Of a stretch of 64,000 nt of DNA, positions 9,002 through 18,400 are shown piece by piece; position 1 is the stretch's first letter; each line of letters begins with the position of its first letter. This DNA is from an uncultured Alphaproteobacteria bacterium (GTDB taxonomy: Bacteria > Pseudomonadota > Alphaproteobacteria > CAAHEQ01 > UBA3637). Position numbers and translations under genes: made by a program. The stretch spans positions 4,113 to 68,112 of the forward strand of contig CALXUB010000025.1 of NCBI GenBank assembly GCA_944391565.1, given 5' to 3'. The notes beneath the pieces are model-generated. The model made no database searches and was not told the origin of the DNA. It saw nothing but the letters and a program-made list of their open reading frames with translations.

Positions 9002-9556
9002 ATGAATTTAAAACAACAACTTTTGGATTTCCAGCCTTTAAATGAGGAGGAAGCTGCAAATGTGGATGCTTTTCTTCAGTTTATAGAAGGATTTCACGAA
9101 AATATCTGGACCCGGGATAATTGCGTCGGACATGTGACGGTATCAGCCTGGGTGACAAACCCTGCCAGAGATAAGGTTTTAATGGCTTATCATAAAATTT
9201 ATAATAGTTATGCATGGCTTGGCGGTCATGCTGACGGAGAACGCGATTTACTATGGACAGCGATTAAAGAAGCGCGAGAAGAGAGCGGTATTGATAATTT
9301 CCGAGTTGTCCAACCAGACTTTATTGATGTTTGTCCTTTGATTGTTAAACCTCATTTAAAGAGAGGAGTACCGGTTGTTTCTCACTTGCATTTTAACCTG
9401 ACCTATTGGTTGGAGGCTGAAGAAGAAGAAACTCCCAGGGTTGCTCCGATGGAAAATTTATCAGTCCAATGGCTTCCGGTCAAATGGCTTTCAAACTATA
9501 TTTCCGAGGAACACATGAAACCAATCTATCAACGCCTGATAGAAAAAACTTCATAG
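9002..9556 (+). CDS. NUDIX hydrolase
   Basis: Nudix box GGHADGERDLLWTAIKEAREESGI. The ATG at 9002 is preceded by GAGGAAG. The ORF is open from 8951. Confidence 0.8.
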   Translation: MNLKQQLLDFQPLNEEEAANVDAFLQFIEGFHENIWTRDNCVGHVTVSAWVTNPARDKVLMAYHKIYNSYAWLGGHADGERDLLWTAIKEAREESGIDNFRVVQPDFIDVCPLIVKPHLKRGVPVVSHLHFNLTYWLEAEEEETPRVAPMENLSVQWLPVKWLSNYISEEHMKPIYQRLIEKTS

Positions 9557-9571
9557 AAATTAAAAAAAGAC

Positions 9572-9599
9572 TTGAACTGTGTTTATCGATGCATATAAT
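9572..9599 (+). promoter_or_regulatory. sigma70-like promoter (TTGAAC-16-TATAAT)
   Basis: TTGAAC 9572-9577, 16-nt spacer, TATAAT 9594-9599. Lies upstream of the 9632 cluster. Confidence 0.4.
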
Positions 9600-9631
9600 T
9601 TTATGCATAAAGACTATAGAAAGAATAGAAA

Positions 9632-10624
9632 ATGACGAATACAGTTAAGAATTTGATATACTTTTTTAAACGCCTGCTTCCTTTTGTTTTATTTCAATTT
9701 TTGGCAGAATTTCTAACGTCCGGGTATCTTTTTGCTACGACGTATACAAAGGTTGATTTGAGCTTTTGGCCTTTATTTCTGATGATTTTGGTTTTCATCG
9801 GAACGACTATCGCTTCGACTTTATTTTTACTTATTCCGTATGTTCTTTATTTGATTTTTATTCCTTCCAAAAAATTAGGGACAAGATTGGATAAATGGAT
9901 TTCTTTAATCTTTTTCTTTTTGTTTTCCTTCGGCGTTTTGTTTGAGGAAATGGCTGAATATTTCTTTTGGGAGGAGTTCGAATCGGCATTTAATTTCATA
10001 GCGGTTGATTATCTGGTATACACAAACGAAGTCATCGGCAATATTTATCAATCTTATCCTGTTGTGCCGCTGTTGACGATTATGTTCCTGATAACGCTGT
10101 TATTTACTTATCTTTTCCGTCGAATGATTGCGTTAAAACCTGAACAGCCTGTTAAAATCAAACATCGTTTTGTAAAAGCGTTTGTTTATGCGGTTTTCGT
10201 CTGCTGTGCTTACGGAGCTGTTGAAATGAGTGATACGGACGTGACGAATAAAGAAGAATTAAATGTGGAAAATCATCACATACCGGCGTTTATTTATGCG
10301 CCGAAGATTTTCCAACCGGCACAGCATCATATGGTTATGAGCCAAATGGATATTTTGCCGACTTTACTGGGTCTGATGCATTTTAACTATGAAAGCCGCT
10401 TTTTCGGGCAGGATGTTTTAAAACCTGATTATGTGTCTCGTTATTTTGTCAGTAATTATCAACGAATCGGCTTCATTCGTGATGGAAAAGAGGTTGTTTT
10501 AAAACCCGTAAAACAAATCAGCGTTGACGGACATGAGCCGACTTCTGCTGATGAACCGAATATAAAAGAAGCGATTGCCTATTACCAATATGCAACAGAC
10601 TGGGAGCAGTTTTTAAAGGAGTAA
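9632..10624 (+). CDS. LTA synthase/sulfatase-family membrane protein lacking the catalytic core (possible in-frame deletion relic)
   Basis: The N-terminal ~190 aa are hydrophobic spans. The C-terminal ~130 aa (HHIPAFIYAP...SQMDILPTLLGLMHFNY..FFGQDVL..IGFIRDG) match only the tail of LtaS/OpgB-type sulfatase domains. Family members are about 600+ aa. Confidence 0.6.
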   Translation: MTNTVKNLIYFFKRLLPFVLFQFLAEFLTSGYLFATTYTKVDLSFWPLFLMILVFIGTTIASTLFLLIPYVLYLIFIPSKKLGTRLDKWISLIFFFLFSFGVLFEEMAEYFFWEEFESAFNFIAVDYLVYTNEVIGNIYQSYPVVPLLTIMFLITLLFTYLFRRMIALKPEQPVKIKHRFVKAFVYAVFVCCAYGAVEMSDTDVTNKEELNVENHHIPAFIYAPKIFQPAQHHMVMSQMDILPTLLGLMHFNYESRFFGQDVLKPDYVSRYFVSNYQRIGFIRDGKEVVLKPVKQISVDGHEPTSADEPNIKEAIAYYQYATDWEQFLKE

Positions 10625-10625
10625 A

Positions 10626-11336
10626 ATGAAGACGACGTTTTGGGTCGGATTGATTTTTTTAGTGCTTATTTTGATATTGGAGAAAGAAACAGACTGGGAT
10701 CTTCAATTTCAGAATTTATTCTTTGATTTCAATAAGAAACAATGGATAATTTATCCGGAACTTCACCAAAGTCTTTCTTTTTTTCTTTATAAAGGTATGA
10801 AAGTTCTTGTCATCGGAACAGGCCTTTTTTCTTTAATCGGATACGGCTTTAGTTTTATTTATCGATCCTGGACAAAATACAGGCAATCTTTCTTAATGCT
10901 TTTATTGAGTCTGACGATTGTTCCGTTGGGGATTTCCAGTCTGAAGCAAGTGACGAATGTTTACTGTCCTGTTCAATTAAGTCAATATGACGGTTCTTAT
11001 CCGTTCACTCCGATTCTAGGCAGTTATCCCGAAGATTTTAATCCTCCTAAACGAGGTAAATGCTTTCCGGCCGGACATGCAACGACGGGGTTTGCATTTA
11101 TGGCGCTTTATTTTGTTTTTGAACAAAAAAAGAAGAAATATATCGGACTGTCGATTGGAATTGTTTTGGGTATAACAGCCGGCGCCTATCAAATGTTGCG
11201 CGGGCAGCATTTTTTATCTCATACATTATTTACAGCTGTGTTAAGCTGGGTTATTTTAACATTGATTTATGCTCTGTTGATACGCCTGAAGGAGACAAAA
11301 TATGGAAATATCATATCGCCAAGAAGTTTATCGTAA
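10626..11336 (+). CDS. PAP2 family phosphatase (lipid phosphate / lipid A or undecaprenyl-PP phosphatase-like)
   Basis: Multi-span membrane protein with PAP2 motifs: K(Q)VTNVYCP, FPAGHAT, RGQHFLSHT. AAGGAG RBS. The start is 2 nt after the upstream stop. Confidence 0.8.
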   Translation: MKTTFWVGLIFLVLILILEKETDWDLQFQNLFFDFNKKQWIIYPELHQSLSFFLYKGMKVLVIGTGLFSLIGYGFSFIYRSWTKYRQSFLMLLLSLTIVPLGISSLKQVTNVYCPVQLSQYDGSYPFTPILGSYPEDFNPPKRGKCFPAGHATTGFAFMALYFVFEQKKKKYIGLSIGIVLGITAGAYQMLRGQHFLSHTLFTAVLSWVILTLIYALLIRLKETKYGNIISPRSLS

Positions 11337-11919
11337 ACTGATCCACTTCAGTTCATTGTGGATGCCTTTATTGATTTATATGACGCCGAAAATGTTTAGT
11401 TCAGCGGTTTTTCTTATTTTGCTGCTGGGCAATGTCATGATTGAGTATGCGACTTATCGCCATTGGCCATATGTGACCGCATTGTATAATCGTTTTTTTG
11501 GTAAAATGATGCGGGAAAAAGAGCGCATACAGGGAAAATTCAGGATTTCCGGTTCGCCGTATGTGTTAGCAGGGGCTTTTTTAAGCGCTTTTCTTTTTCA
11601 CAGAGAAATTGCCGTCATTGCCATGACCAGTATGTTGTTGGCTGATCCGGCAGCTGCTTTGGTTGGACGCCGTTTTGGCCGAATTCATTTTAAAAATGGG
11701 AAAAGTTATGAAGGAACGGCAGCGTTTTTTTTAACGGCTTACATTGTTCATCTGTTTTTCGGTATAGTCTTTCATTTGCCGGGTGGTTTTTTTGCTATTG
11801 CTTTAATTTCATGTGCTGTCGCCGCCATGGTTGAGCTTTATGAGAAAACATTAAAAATTGATGATAATCTCAGTATTCCTATTTGCATTGGTCTTATTTT
11901 GAGCTTATATTTCATCTAA
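11302..11919 (+). CDS. diacylglycerol/polyprenol (dolichol/phytol) kinase family protein, CTP-transferase-1 superfamily
   Basis: YRKLIHFSS N-terminal motif and LLADPAAALVGRRFGRIHFKNGKSYEGTAAFF C-terminal motif of the short CdsA-like kinases. AAGGAG RBS. Overlaps the PAP2 gene by 35 nt. Confidence 0.7.
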   Translation: MEISYRQEVYRKLIHFSSLWMPLLIYMTPKMFSSAVFLILLLGNVMIEYATYRHWPYVTALYNRFFGKMMREKERIQGKFRISGSPYVLAGAFLSAFLFHREIAVIAMTSMLLADPAAALVGRRFGRIHFKNGKSYEGTAAFFLTAYIVHLFFGIVFHLPGGFFAIALISCAVAAMVELYEKTLKIDDNLSIPICIGLILSLYFI

Positions 11920-11931
11920 TAGGAGGTAAAA

Positions 11932-12564
11932 ATGAAAAAATGGATGTTAACATGTGTATGCGCTTTGGCTTTTACTGGTTCTGTTTTGGCAGAGACGCTG
12001 CCATTACCGCCACCGGTTAAAGAAGGGGGAATGCCGTTGATGCAGGCCTTGAATGAACGACATGTCAGTCGTCAGTTCAATCCGGTAAAAAAAATGGATA
12101 TGCAAACTTTATCGAATTTGTTGTGGGCAGCTTTTGGTGAAAATCGTCCGGATGGCAGAAGAACCGCACCAACGGCACGAAACGCACAGGATACATTGAT
12201 CTATGTTGCTTTGCCGGAGGGTGTTTTCCTCTATAATGCTCAAGAAAATACTTTAGAGGAGATTTCAAAAGAAGATATTCGAGCAAAAACGGGAAAACAG
12301 TCTGAAATGCTGGCAAGCGCTCCTGTCGTTTTAATCTATGTCTCGGATTATAATAAATTAGACTTTGCCGAAGGAGAAAAAAAGCTTTTCTATTCAGCTT
12401 TACACACAGGATCCATATATCAAAATGTGGATTTGTTTGCTGCTTCCGAAGGGTTGAATACGGTTATGTTGGGCATGGTGAATTATGAAGAGTTGCCTCA
12501 GTTGTTGAAACTGTCGGATCATCAAAAAGTATTGATTGTTCAACCGGTCGGATATAAACCTTAA
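11932..12564 (+). CDS. nitroreductase family protein (SagB/ThcOx-type) with signal peptide
   Basis: Signal peptide MKKWMLTCVCALAFTGSVLA. ERHVSRQF...LSNLLWAAFG.NR..GRRTAPTARN motif of the nitroreductase fold. AGGAGG RBS. Confidence 0.75.
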   Translation: MKKWMLTCVCALAFTGSVLAETLPLPPPVKEGGMPLMQALNERHVSRQFNPVKKMDMQTLSNLLWAAFGENRPDGRRTAPTARNAQDTLIYVALPEGVFLYNAQENTLEEISKEDIRAKTGKQSEMLASAPVVLIYVSDYNKLDFAEGEKKLFYSALHTGSIYQNVDLFAASEGLNTVMLGMVNYEELPQLLKLSDHQKVLIVQPVGYKP

Positions 12565-12614
12565 CATGTTGAAGCAAAAGATTGTTTCATTTTGGTCGGC
12601 TTTAGTTTGATATT

Positions 12615-13118
12615 CTAAAACTTATCGGAATTGTTTTTGGTTAAATCATGAAAAGTTGCGTGGATTAAATCGGCCAGAGATTCTGCCTTTATCTGCAAAG
12701 TTAGGCCGATTTTTCCACCGCTGACACAAAAAGAGTCAAAGAGAAGGGCGGTTTCATCAATAAAAGTCGGAAATGTTTTTTTCATGCCGATGGGTGAACA
12801 ACCACCGTGAACATATCCTGTCAACGGCAATAAGTTTTTCATCGGCATCATTTCCAGACTTTTTACACCGGCAACTTTTGCGGCTTTTTTCAAATCTAAC
12901 TCTTGATCGGCGGGAATCACAAAAACATAATGATTAAAGGAATGTTGATGTGTCGGTGCTTGCGTCACTAAGGTTTTGAAAACCTGTTCAGAGGCTTTGT
13001 TAAGTTGTCGAGCAACAGAAACGGCATCAATTCCTTCTTTCGGATTGTATGAAAAAGCTTGATAAGGAACAGAAGCTTCTTCTAAAATACGCATGACATT
13101 TGTTTTAGAGATGGACAT
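12615..13118 (-). CDS. ybaK: Cys-tRNA(Pro)/Cys-tRNA(Cys) deacylase YbaK
   Basis: N-terminus TNVMRILEEASVPYQ, KTLV, and GYVHGGCSPIG(M)KK motif. The ATG at 13118 has AAGGAAAA upstream. The ORF is open to 13157. Confidence 0.85.
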   Translation of the reverse strand: MSISKTNVMRILEEASVPYQAFSYNPKEGIDAVSVARQLNKASEQVFKTLVTQAPTHQHSFNHYVFVIPADQELDLKKAAKVAGVKSLEMMPMKNLLPLTGYVHGGCSPIGMKKTFPTFIDETALLFDSFCVSGGKIGLTLQIKAESLADLIHATFHDLTKNNSDKF

Positions 13119-13337
13119 GTTTTTCCTTTTACACTTGTTTCTTTCAGAGTATTCCAAAAAAGCTGCCGAGTCAATAAAGGATCATAAATCAGAAACAGAA
13201 GATACAAGCGAAAAATTTTTCTTGATTTTTTTTCTTTTTTGTCTTAAAAAGAAACATCTTTTATTAAAAAGACGGCATATGCCAAGAAAAATGATGGCTT
13301 TTCAAGTATCTATAAGCTTGAAAGTAGTTTGTACTGC

Positions 13338-13425
13338 GGATGGGTGGCAGAGCGGTTTAATGCGGCGGTCTTGAAAACCGTTGAGGGGCGACCCTCCGGG
13401 AGTTCGAATCTCTCCCCATCCGCCA
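13338..13425 (+). tRNA. tRNA-Ser (anticodon UGA)
   Basis: Hand-folded cloverleaf: acceptor GGATGGG/CCCATCC, anticodon stem GCGGT/ACCGT with loop CTTGAAA, long variable arm GAGGG-GCGA-CCCTC, T-arm GGGAG-TTCGAAT-CTCTC, discriminator G, encoded CCA. 88 nt. Confidence 0.9.
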
Positions 13426-13480
13426 TTTCCTTGTTAAATATCTCATTGACTTTTATAAAAAGCTTTTTTAAAGTCAAAGT

Positions 13481-14662
13481 ATGAAAAAATTAAGCATAAT
13501 TTTATTAGGAGTTTTGTTTTGCAGCGGCACAAGCCGGGCCGAGCAGAGCTTTGAAGCTTGGAAACAGCAATTTGCGCTGAAAGCCGCTCAAGAAAATATT
13601 TCTGCCGAGGTAATTGAAAACAATGTGCCGAAAATGACATATTTGCCTCAGGTTGTTGAACTGGACCGCAAGCAACCGGAATTCAGTTTGTCTTTTTCCA
13701 ATTATGCAAAAAGGATGGTGACACCGGAACGTGTCAAAAAAGGGCGGGAATGGATAAAAAAAGAAAAAACGCTGCTGAATGAAATCTATCAAGCGTATGG
13801 AATTCCGCCGGCTTATTTATTAGCTTTTTGGGGCTTGGAAACAAATTATGGGAAAACAAAAGGAACGACAAATATCCTCGACGCTTTAGCAACCTTGTCC
13901 TACGATGAACGACGTTCTGCCTTTTTTACGGAACAGTTGATCACATTTTTAAAAATATTACAAAAAGATAAAATCGAAGTCCCACAGGGATCTTGGGCCG
14001 GTGCATTCGGACATTTTCAATTTATGCCGACAACTTTTTTCCAATATGCCGTCGATGTGGATAAAGATGGTCGGCGTGATATTGTTAATTCTTTTCCGGA
14101 TGCTTTAGGTTCTGCTGCACATTATTTGTCGCGCATGGGATGGGATAAGAATTTGACATGGGGTCGGGAGGTTGAATTGCCGCCTGATTTTTGGAATACC
14201 TCTTTTGATAAAACGGCTTCTTATCCGCTATCTTTTTGGACAGAGGAGGGACTTTTGCGGATGGACGGACGAGCGTATCGTCCCGAGGAGTTGGATATTT
14301 CCGCGCATCTTGTTTTGCCAGAAGGCGCGAATGGTCCCGCATTTTTGGTTTACAAAAACTTTGATGTTATCAAACGTTGGAATCGCTCGGATTTTTATGC
14401 ATTGGCTATCGGCTTGCTGGCCGATCAAATCGCAGGGAAAGAGAGCTCTGATGTTCGGTCTTTTAAGGAGCAAAAGAATTTGCATAAAAGTGATGTTATT
14501 CAGGTGCAGGAAAAATTAAAAAAACTTGGATACTATCAAGGTGTCATCGACGGCAGACTTGGCAGTGGAACAAAAAAGGCTGTTGCAGCTTACCAAAAAC
14601 AGCACGGTTTACCGGAAGATGGATTTTTATCAAAAGAAGTTCTTGAAAAAATCTTAAAATGA
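13481..14662 (+). CDS. lytic murein transglycosylase (MltB family) with C-terminal peptidoglycan-binding domain
   Basis: Signal peptide. FWGLETNYG and GAFGHFQFMPTTF motifs. C-terminal PG_binding_1-like GVIDGRLGSGTKKAVAAYQKQHGLPEDG. Confidence 0.88.
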   Translation: MKKLSIILLGVLFCSGTSRAEQSFEAWKQQFALKAAQENISAEVIENNVPKMTYLPQVVELDRKQPEFSLSFSNYAKRMVTPERVKKGREWIKKEKTLLNEIYQAYGIPPAYLLAFWGLETNYGKTKGTTNILDALATLSYDERRSAFFTEQLITFLKILQKDKIEVPQGSWAGAFGHFQFMPTTFFQYAVDVDKDGRRDIVNSFPDALGSAAHYLSRMGWDKNLTWGREVELPPDFWNTSFDKTASYPLSFWTEEGLLRMDGRAYRPEELDISAHLVLPEGANGPAFLVYKNFDVIKRWNRSDFYALAIGLLADQIAGKESSDVRSFKEQKNLHKSDVIQVQEKLKKLGYYQGVIDGRLGSGTKKAVAAYQKQHGLPEDGFLSKEVLEKILK

Positions 14663-14703
14663 TGTAAAAACTAAAAAAGGAATTTACAACAAAGGAATGT
14701 CAG

Positions 14704-15648
14704 ATGAAAAAAGTACTTTTAAGCCTTTCAATTCTTTCGGTTTGTTTGGCCGGATGTACCGATAACGGCAGCTTATTGCGCTCCAGCGGTAAAAATTATG
14801 TTTCTTTGGAACCCAGCGGTGTCTATAAGATCGGAACACCCTATCAAGTAAACAATATTTGGTATTATCCTCAAGAAGACTATGACTATCGAGAAGTCGG
14901 AATTGCTTCTTGGTACGGGCCTGATTTCCATAATGGGATGACTGCAAACGGTGAAAAATATGATATGTATGCCTTGACTGCGGCTCATCGAACACTGCCT
15001 TTGCCTTCAATCGTTAAGGTGACAAACTTGGAAAACGGCAAATCTGTTGTCGTTCGTGTAAATGATCGCGGTCCTTTTGTCAATAATCGAATCATTGATG
15101 TTTCCAAAACAGCCGCCGAGATTTTGGGCTTTGATGCACAAGGGACTGCGAAAGTTCGTGTTGAAGTAATGAAAGATGAAAGTAAAAAACTGAAAAAAGA
15201 AATTTTGAAAAATGGAGGAAAAGTTGTAGGCGGGCCGCCGCTGCCGGATGTTCCTCCGATTGAAACGGCGCAAGAACCGGTCAGCCCGATTCCATTGGCT
15301 AACCCCGTGATGGCTGAAACGGTTTCTTCTTCAACGATTGAGGAACTGGAGACAACAGAAACAACAGTTTCTCAGCCTCAGCCGATTTATACGCCTCAAA
15401 CGACATCTGTTGGAAATTACTATGTTCAGGCTGGGGCTTTTTCCAATCCGGAAAATGCACAGCGAATGCGGGAAAGATTAGCGTCTTATGGTTCGGTTGT
15501 TGTTTCTGAAAAACAAACGGCAAAGGGTGTCTTGTATCGTGTGCGTTTAGGACCATATGCTAACGGAAACGATGCCGTTGCTGCCATGGACCGTTTAGGA
15601 GCTGCCGGCTTTGATGATACACGCTTAATCCAAGAAATGAGCAGATAG
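14704..15648 (+). CDS. rlpA: septal ring lytic transglycosylase RlpA (DPBB domain plus SPOR domain)
   Basis: Lipoprotein signal LSVCLAGC. ASWYGPDFHNGMTANGEKYD...TAAHRTLPLPS.V.VTNL.NGKSVVVRVNDRGPF. C-terminal SPOR-like YYVQAGAFSNPENA...YRVRLGP. Confidence 0.9.
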   Translation: MKKVLLSLSILSVCLAGCTDNGSLLRSSGKNYVSLEPSGVYKIGTPYQVNNIWYYPQEDYDYREVGIASWYGPDFHNGMTANGEKYDMYALTAAHRTLPLPSIVKVTNLENGKSVVVRVNDRGPFVNNRIIDVSKTAAEILGFDAQGTAKVRVEVMKDESKKLKKEILKNGGKVVGGPPLPDVPPIETAQEPVSPIPLANPVMAETVSSSTIEELETTETTVSQPQPIYTPQTTSVGNYYVQAGAFSNPENAQRMRERLASYGSVVVSEKQTAKGVLYRVRLGPYANGNDAVAAMDRLGAAGFDDTRLIQEMSR

Positions 15649-15656
15649 GATTTAAA

Positions 15657-16826
15657 ATGAAAAACTTCGGATTATTGGGCTTTTCATGCTTGTTAATGGC
15701 GTCCGCAGCCGTTGCAGCTGACTTTGATACAACGGCTTCTTACGCTTATTTGGTGGATTATGATACCGGGGCCGTTTTGCTGGATAAAGGCGGTGATGAA
15801 CTGATGGCACCTGCCTCCATGAGTAAATTGATGACGGCTTACATCGTTTTTGATAAACTGCAAAAAGGTCAGCTTTCCTTAACGGATGAATTTGAAGTTA
15901 GTGAAAATGCTTGGCGCAAAGGCGGTGAAAAAAGCGGCAGTTCTACAATGTTTTTAAAGCCGCATTCAAAGGTAAAGCTTGATGATTTATTAAAGGGCAT
16001 TATCGTTCAGTCCGGTAATGATGCTTGTATTACGGTTGCTGAAAATATTGCTGGCTCGGAGGAAAATTTTGCTGCGGAAATGACGATCAAGGCACGTGAA
16101 TTGGGTTTGCCGAAAAGCACGTTTAAAAATGCGACCGGTTGGCCGGATAAAGAGCATTTGATGACGCCGAAAGAATTGGCTCAATTAACTAAACTTATTA
16201 TTCAAAATTTTCCGGAATATTATCCTTATTATTCGATTAAAAGCTTTAAATATAACGGGATCAATCAGGAAAACCGCAATCCTCTTTTGTATAGCATGCC
16301 TGATCAAGCTGATGGTGTGAAAACAGGTCATACCAGCAAATCCGGACATGGTCTGGTAGGTTCGGCCAAAAGCAAAGACGGCAAACGGCGTTTGATTTTA
16401 GTGGTCAATGGTCTGAAAACCATGAAAGACCGCGGAATGGAAGCAAAACGCATTATGGAATGGGGATTTAGGGAATTTGACAATTATTCCTTATTCGCTC
16501 CGGGACAAACTGTTGAACAGATCCCCGTTTGGATGGGAACACAGAAAACGGTTCCCGTCACTTTAAAAGACCCCGCTCTTGTCACACTTAATCGACTGGA
16601 TAAACTAAACGCTAAAGTGACTGTGACAGCTGATGGCCCTGTAAAAGCTCCTGTTCATCAAGGAGATAAAGTGGCTGAACTGAATATCTTGTTAAAAGAC
16701 GGGACAAAATATTCTTTCCCTTTAATTGCACAGGAAAATATAGGGAAAATCGGTTATTTCGGGAAAATGGGTTTGGCATTAAAAAGTTTGTTCTACGGCA
16801 CTGAAGGGGAAACAGATGCCCAATAA
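15657..16826 (+). CDS. D-alanyl-D-alanine carboxypeptidase (PBP5/6 family)
   Basis: SxxK (SMSKLMT), SGN (QSGNDA) and KTG (KTGHT) motifs in the correct order, with a signal peptide. Confidence 0.9.
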   Translation: MKNFGLLGFSCLLMASAAVAADFDTTASYAYLVDYDTGAVLLDKGGDELMAPASMSKLMTAYIVFDKLQKGQLSLTDEFEVSENAWRKGGEKSGSSTMFLKPHSKVKLDDLLKGIIVQSGNDACITVAENIAGSEENFAAEMTIKARELGLPKSTFKNATGWPDKEHLMTPKELAQLTKLIIQNFPEYYPYYSIKSFKYNGINQENRNPLLYSMPDQADGVKTGHTSKSGHGLVGSAKSKDGKRRLILVVNGLKTMKDRGMEAKRIMEWGFREFDNYSLFAPGQTVEQIPVWMGTQKTVPVTLKDPALVTLNRLDKLNAKVTVTADGPVKAPVHQGDKVAELNILLKDGTKYSFPLIAQENIGKIGYFGKMGLALKSLFYGTEGETDAQ

Positions 16827-17460
16827 AAGAGGTTATTTTATTACCTTGGAAGGTGGAGAGGGCAGCGGCAAATCAACCCAAATCAAAAAACTGGATGCTT
16901 TTTTGACCGAACAGGGTGTTTCACATCATATAACTCGTGAGCCGGGAGGATCTCCGGCTGCTGAAGAAATTCGTCATGTTCTGCTATCCGGTCAGACAGA
17001 TAAATGGGATTCGATTTCCGAAACACTTTTATTTTCAGCAGCCAGACGCAATCATCTGACACAAGTTATTTGGCCAAAATTGGAAAAAGGAATATGGGTT
17101 ATCTCAGACCGCTATGCGGACTCGACAATGGCTTATCAAGGTTATGGACGTAATGATCACCTTTTATCACGCTCCGATATTGAAGTATTATATCGCATAA
17201 CAGCCGGCGATTTTAAACCTGATTTAACATTCATTTTGGATATTGATCCTCAAAAAGGACTGGAACGGGCTCAAAAACGGGCTCATTTAGATCGAATGGA
17301 AGGACAAAATTTGTCATTTCACGAAAATCTGAGAAGAGGGTTTTTGGATATTGCCGCTCGGGAGCCAAATCGTTGTGTCGTCATTAACGCCGACCAACCC
17401 GAAAATCTGGTTCATGCAGAGATTCTTACAGCTTTGAAAGAGCGTCTCCATGTCTGTTAA
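16816..17460 (+). CDS. tmk: dTMP (thymidylate) kinase
   Basis: FITLEGGEGSGKSTQ P-loop, TREPGG, DRY..S..AYQG motifs. 214 aa. Confidence 0.92.
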   Translation: MPNKRGYFITLEGGEGSGKSTQIKKLDAFLTEQGVSHHITREPGGSPAAEEIRHVLLSGQTDKWDSISETLLFSAARRNHLTQVIWPKLEKGIWVISDRYADSTMAYQGYGRNDHLLSRSDIEVLYRITAGDFKPDLTFILDIDPQKGLERAQKRAHLDRMEGQNLSFHENLRRGFLDIAAREPNRCVVINADQPENLVHAEILTALKERLHVC

Positions 17461-18400
17461 TCAAGCCTTGGAAGAATTAAAATCCCTTCAACAAAAAGGG
17501 AAACTTGCCGGATCATGGTTGATTACGGGACCTTACGGTGTCGGAAAATCAACATTGGTTCGACGATTTGCAGGACTGCTGCTTACGGGGAAAGACCAGG
17601 AAATCAGTTTTCATCAAGATTTGAAATGGATTGAACGTGATTTTACCGAAGAAGAGAAGAGGGACATTATTAAAACATTGAATGCCGGCAAAGCATTAGA
17701 TGAAACTGTTGAAAAAAATCGATCCAGAAAGCAGGAAATTACAATAGATGACATTCGAGGTGCTTTGCAATTTTTGTCTTTGACTGCCGGAAACGATCAA
17801 TGGCGCGTGTTAGTTATTGATCCCGCGGATGATATGAACACGGCGGCTGCAAACGGTTTGCTGAAAGCTTTGGAAGAACCGCCGGCCGGGACAGTTATTT
17901 TCCTTATCAGCCATAATGCCGGCAAGCTTTTACCAACCATCCGTTCCCGATGTCGTGTTTTGAATTTAAAGCCGCTATCTGATTTTGAGATGAAAAACCA
18001 TATCATGGAGACTTATCCGGAAGTTTCTTGTGTTGATGTAATAGTTCAACTTTCAAGAGGAAGTATCGGAAAAGTAAATGAAATTATAAAAAACAAAGGG
18101 ATTGATCTATATCAAAAGGTTTTATCTGTTTTGGATGCGCCGGTTTTGGATGTTTCAATGGTTTACCAAATTTGCGAAAGCGCCGTCAAAGAAACGGAAA
18201 AATATACTCTTTTGAAAGATTTGTTATTGTTTTATGTGTTGCAGCTGGCTAAGAAAGCGGATTTGTCCCCAGATAAATGCCGTCGTCTTTTACAACTTTG
18301 GGAAGATATGAATCAGGCTTTTAAAGATACAGATTCTTTATATTTGGATAAGAAAAATATGCTGGCCAATGTGTTTTTTAAAATAGGACATGAAAAATGA
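17450..18400 (+). CDS. holB: DNA polymerase III subunit delta'
   Basis: GPYGVGKSTL, LLKALEEPP, SRCR motifs. Follows tmk, as in most bacteria. Confidence 0.85.
   Translation: MSVNQALEELKSLQQKGKLAGSWLITGPYGVGKSTLVRRFAGLLLTGKDQEISFHQDLKWIERDFTEEEKRDIIKTLNAGKALDETVEKNRSRKQEITIDDIRGALQFLSLTAGNDQWRVLVIDPADDMNTAAANGLLKALEEPPAGTVIFLISHNAGKLLPTIRSRCRVLNLKPLSDFEMKNHIMETYPEVSCVDVIVQLSRGSIGKVNEIIKNKGIDLYQKVLSVLDAPVLDVSMVYQICESAVKETEKYTLLKDLLLFYVLQLAKKADLSPDKCRRLLQLWEDMNQAFKDTDSLYLDKKNMLANVFFKIGHEK

Noticed and set aside
13093-13374. 93-aa + strand ORF running into tRNA-Ser
   Set aside because: It overlaps the ybaK start and the tRNA gene, and has a low-complexity Phe/Leu/Lys composition. It is an artefact of the AT-rich spacer.
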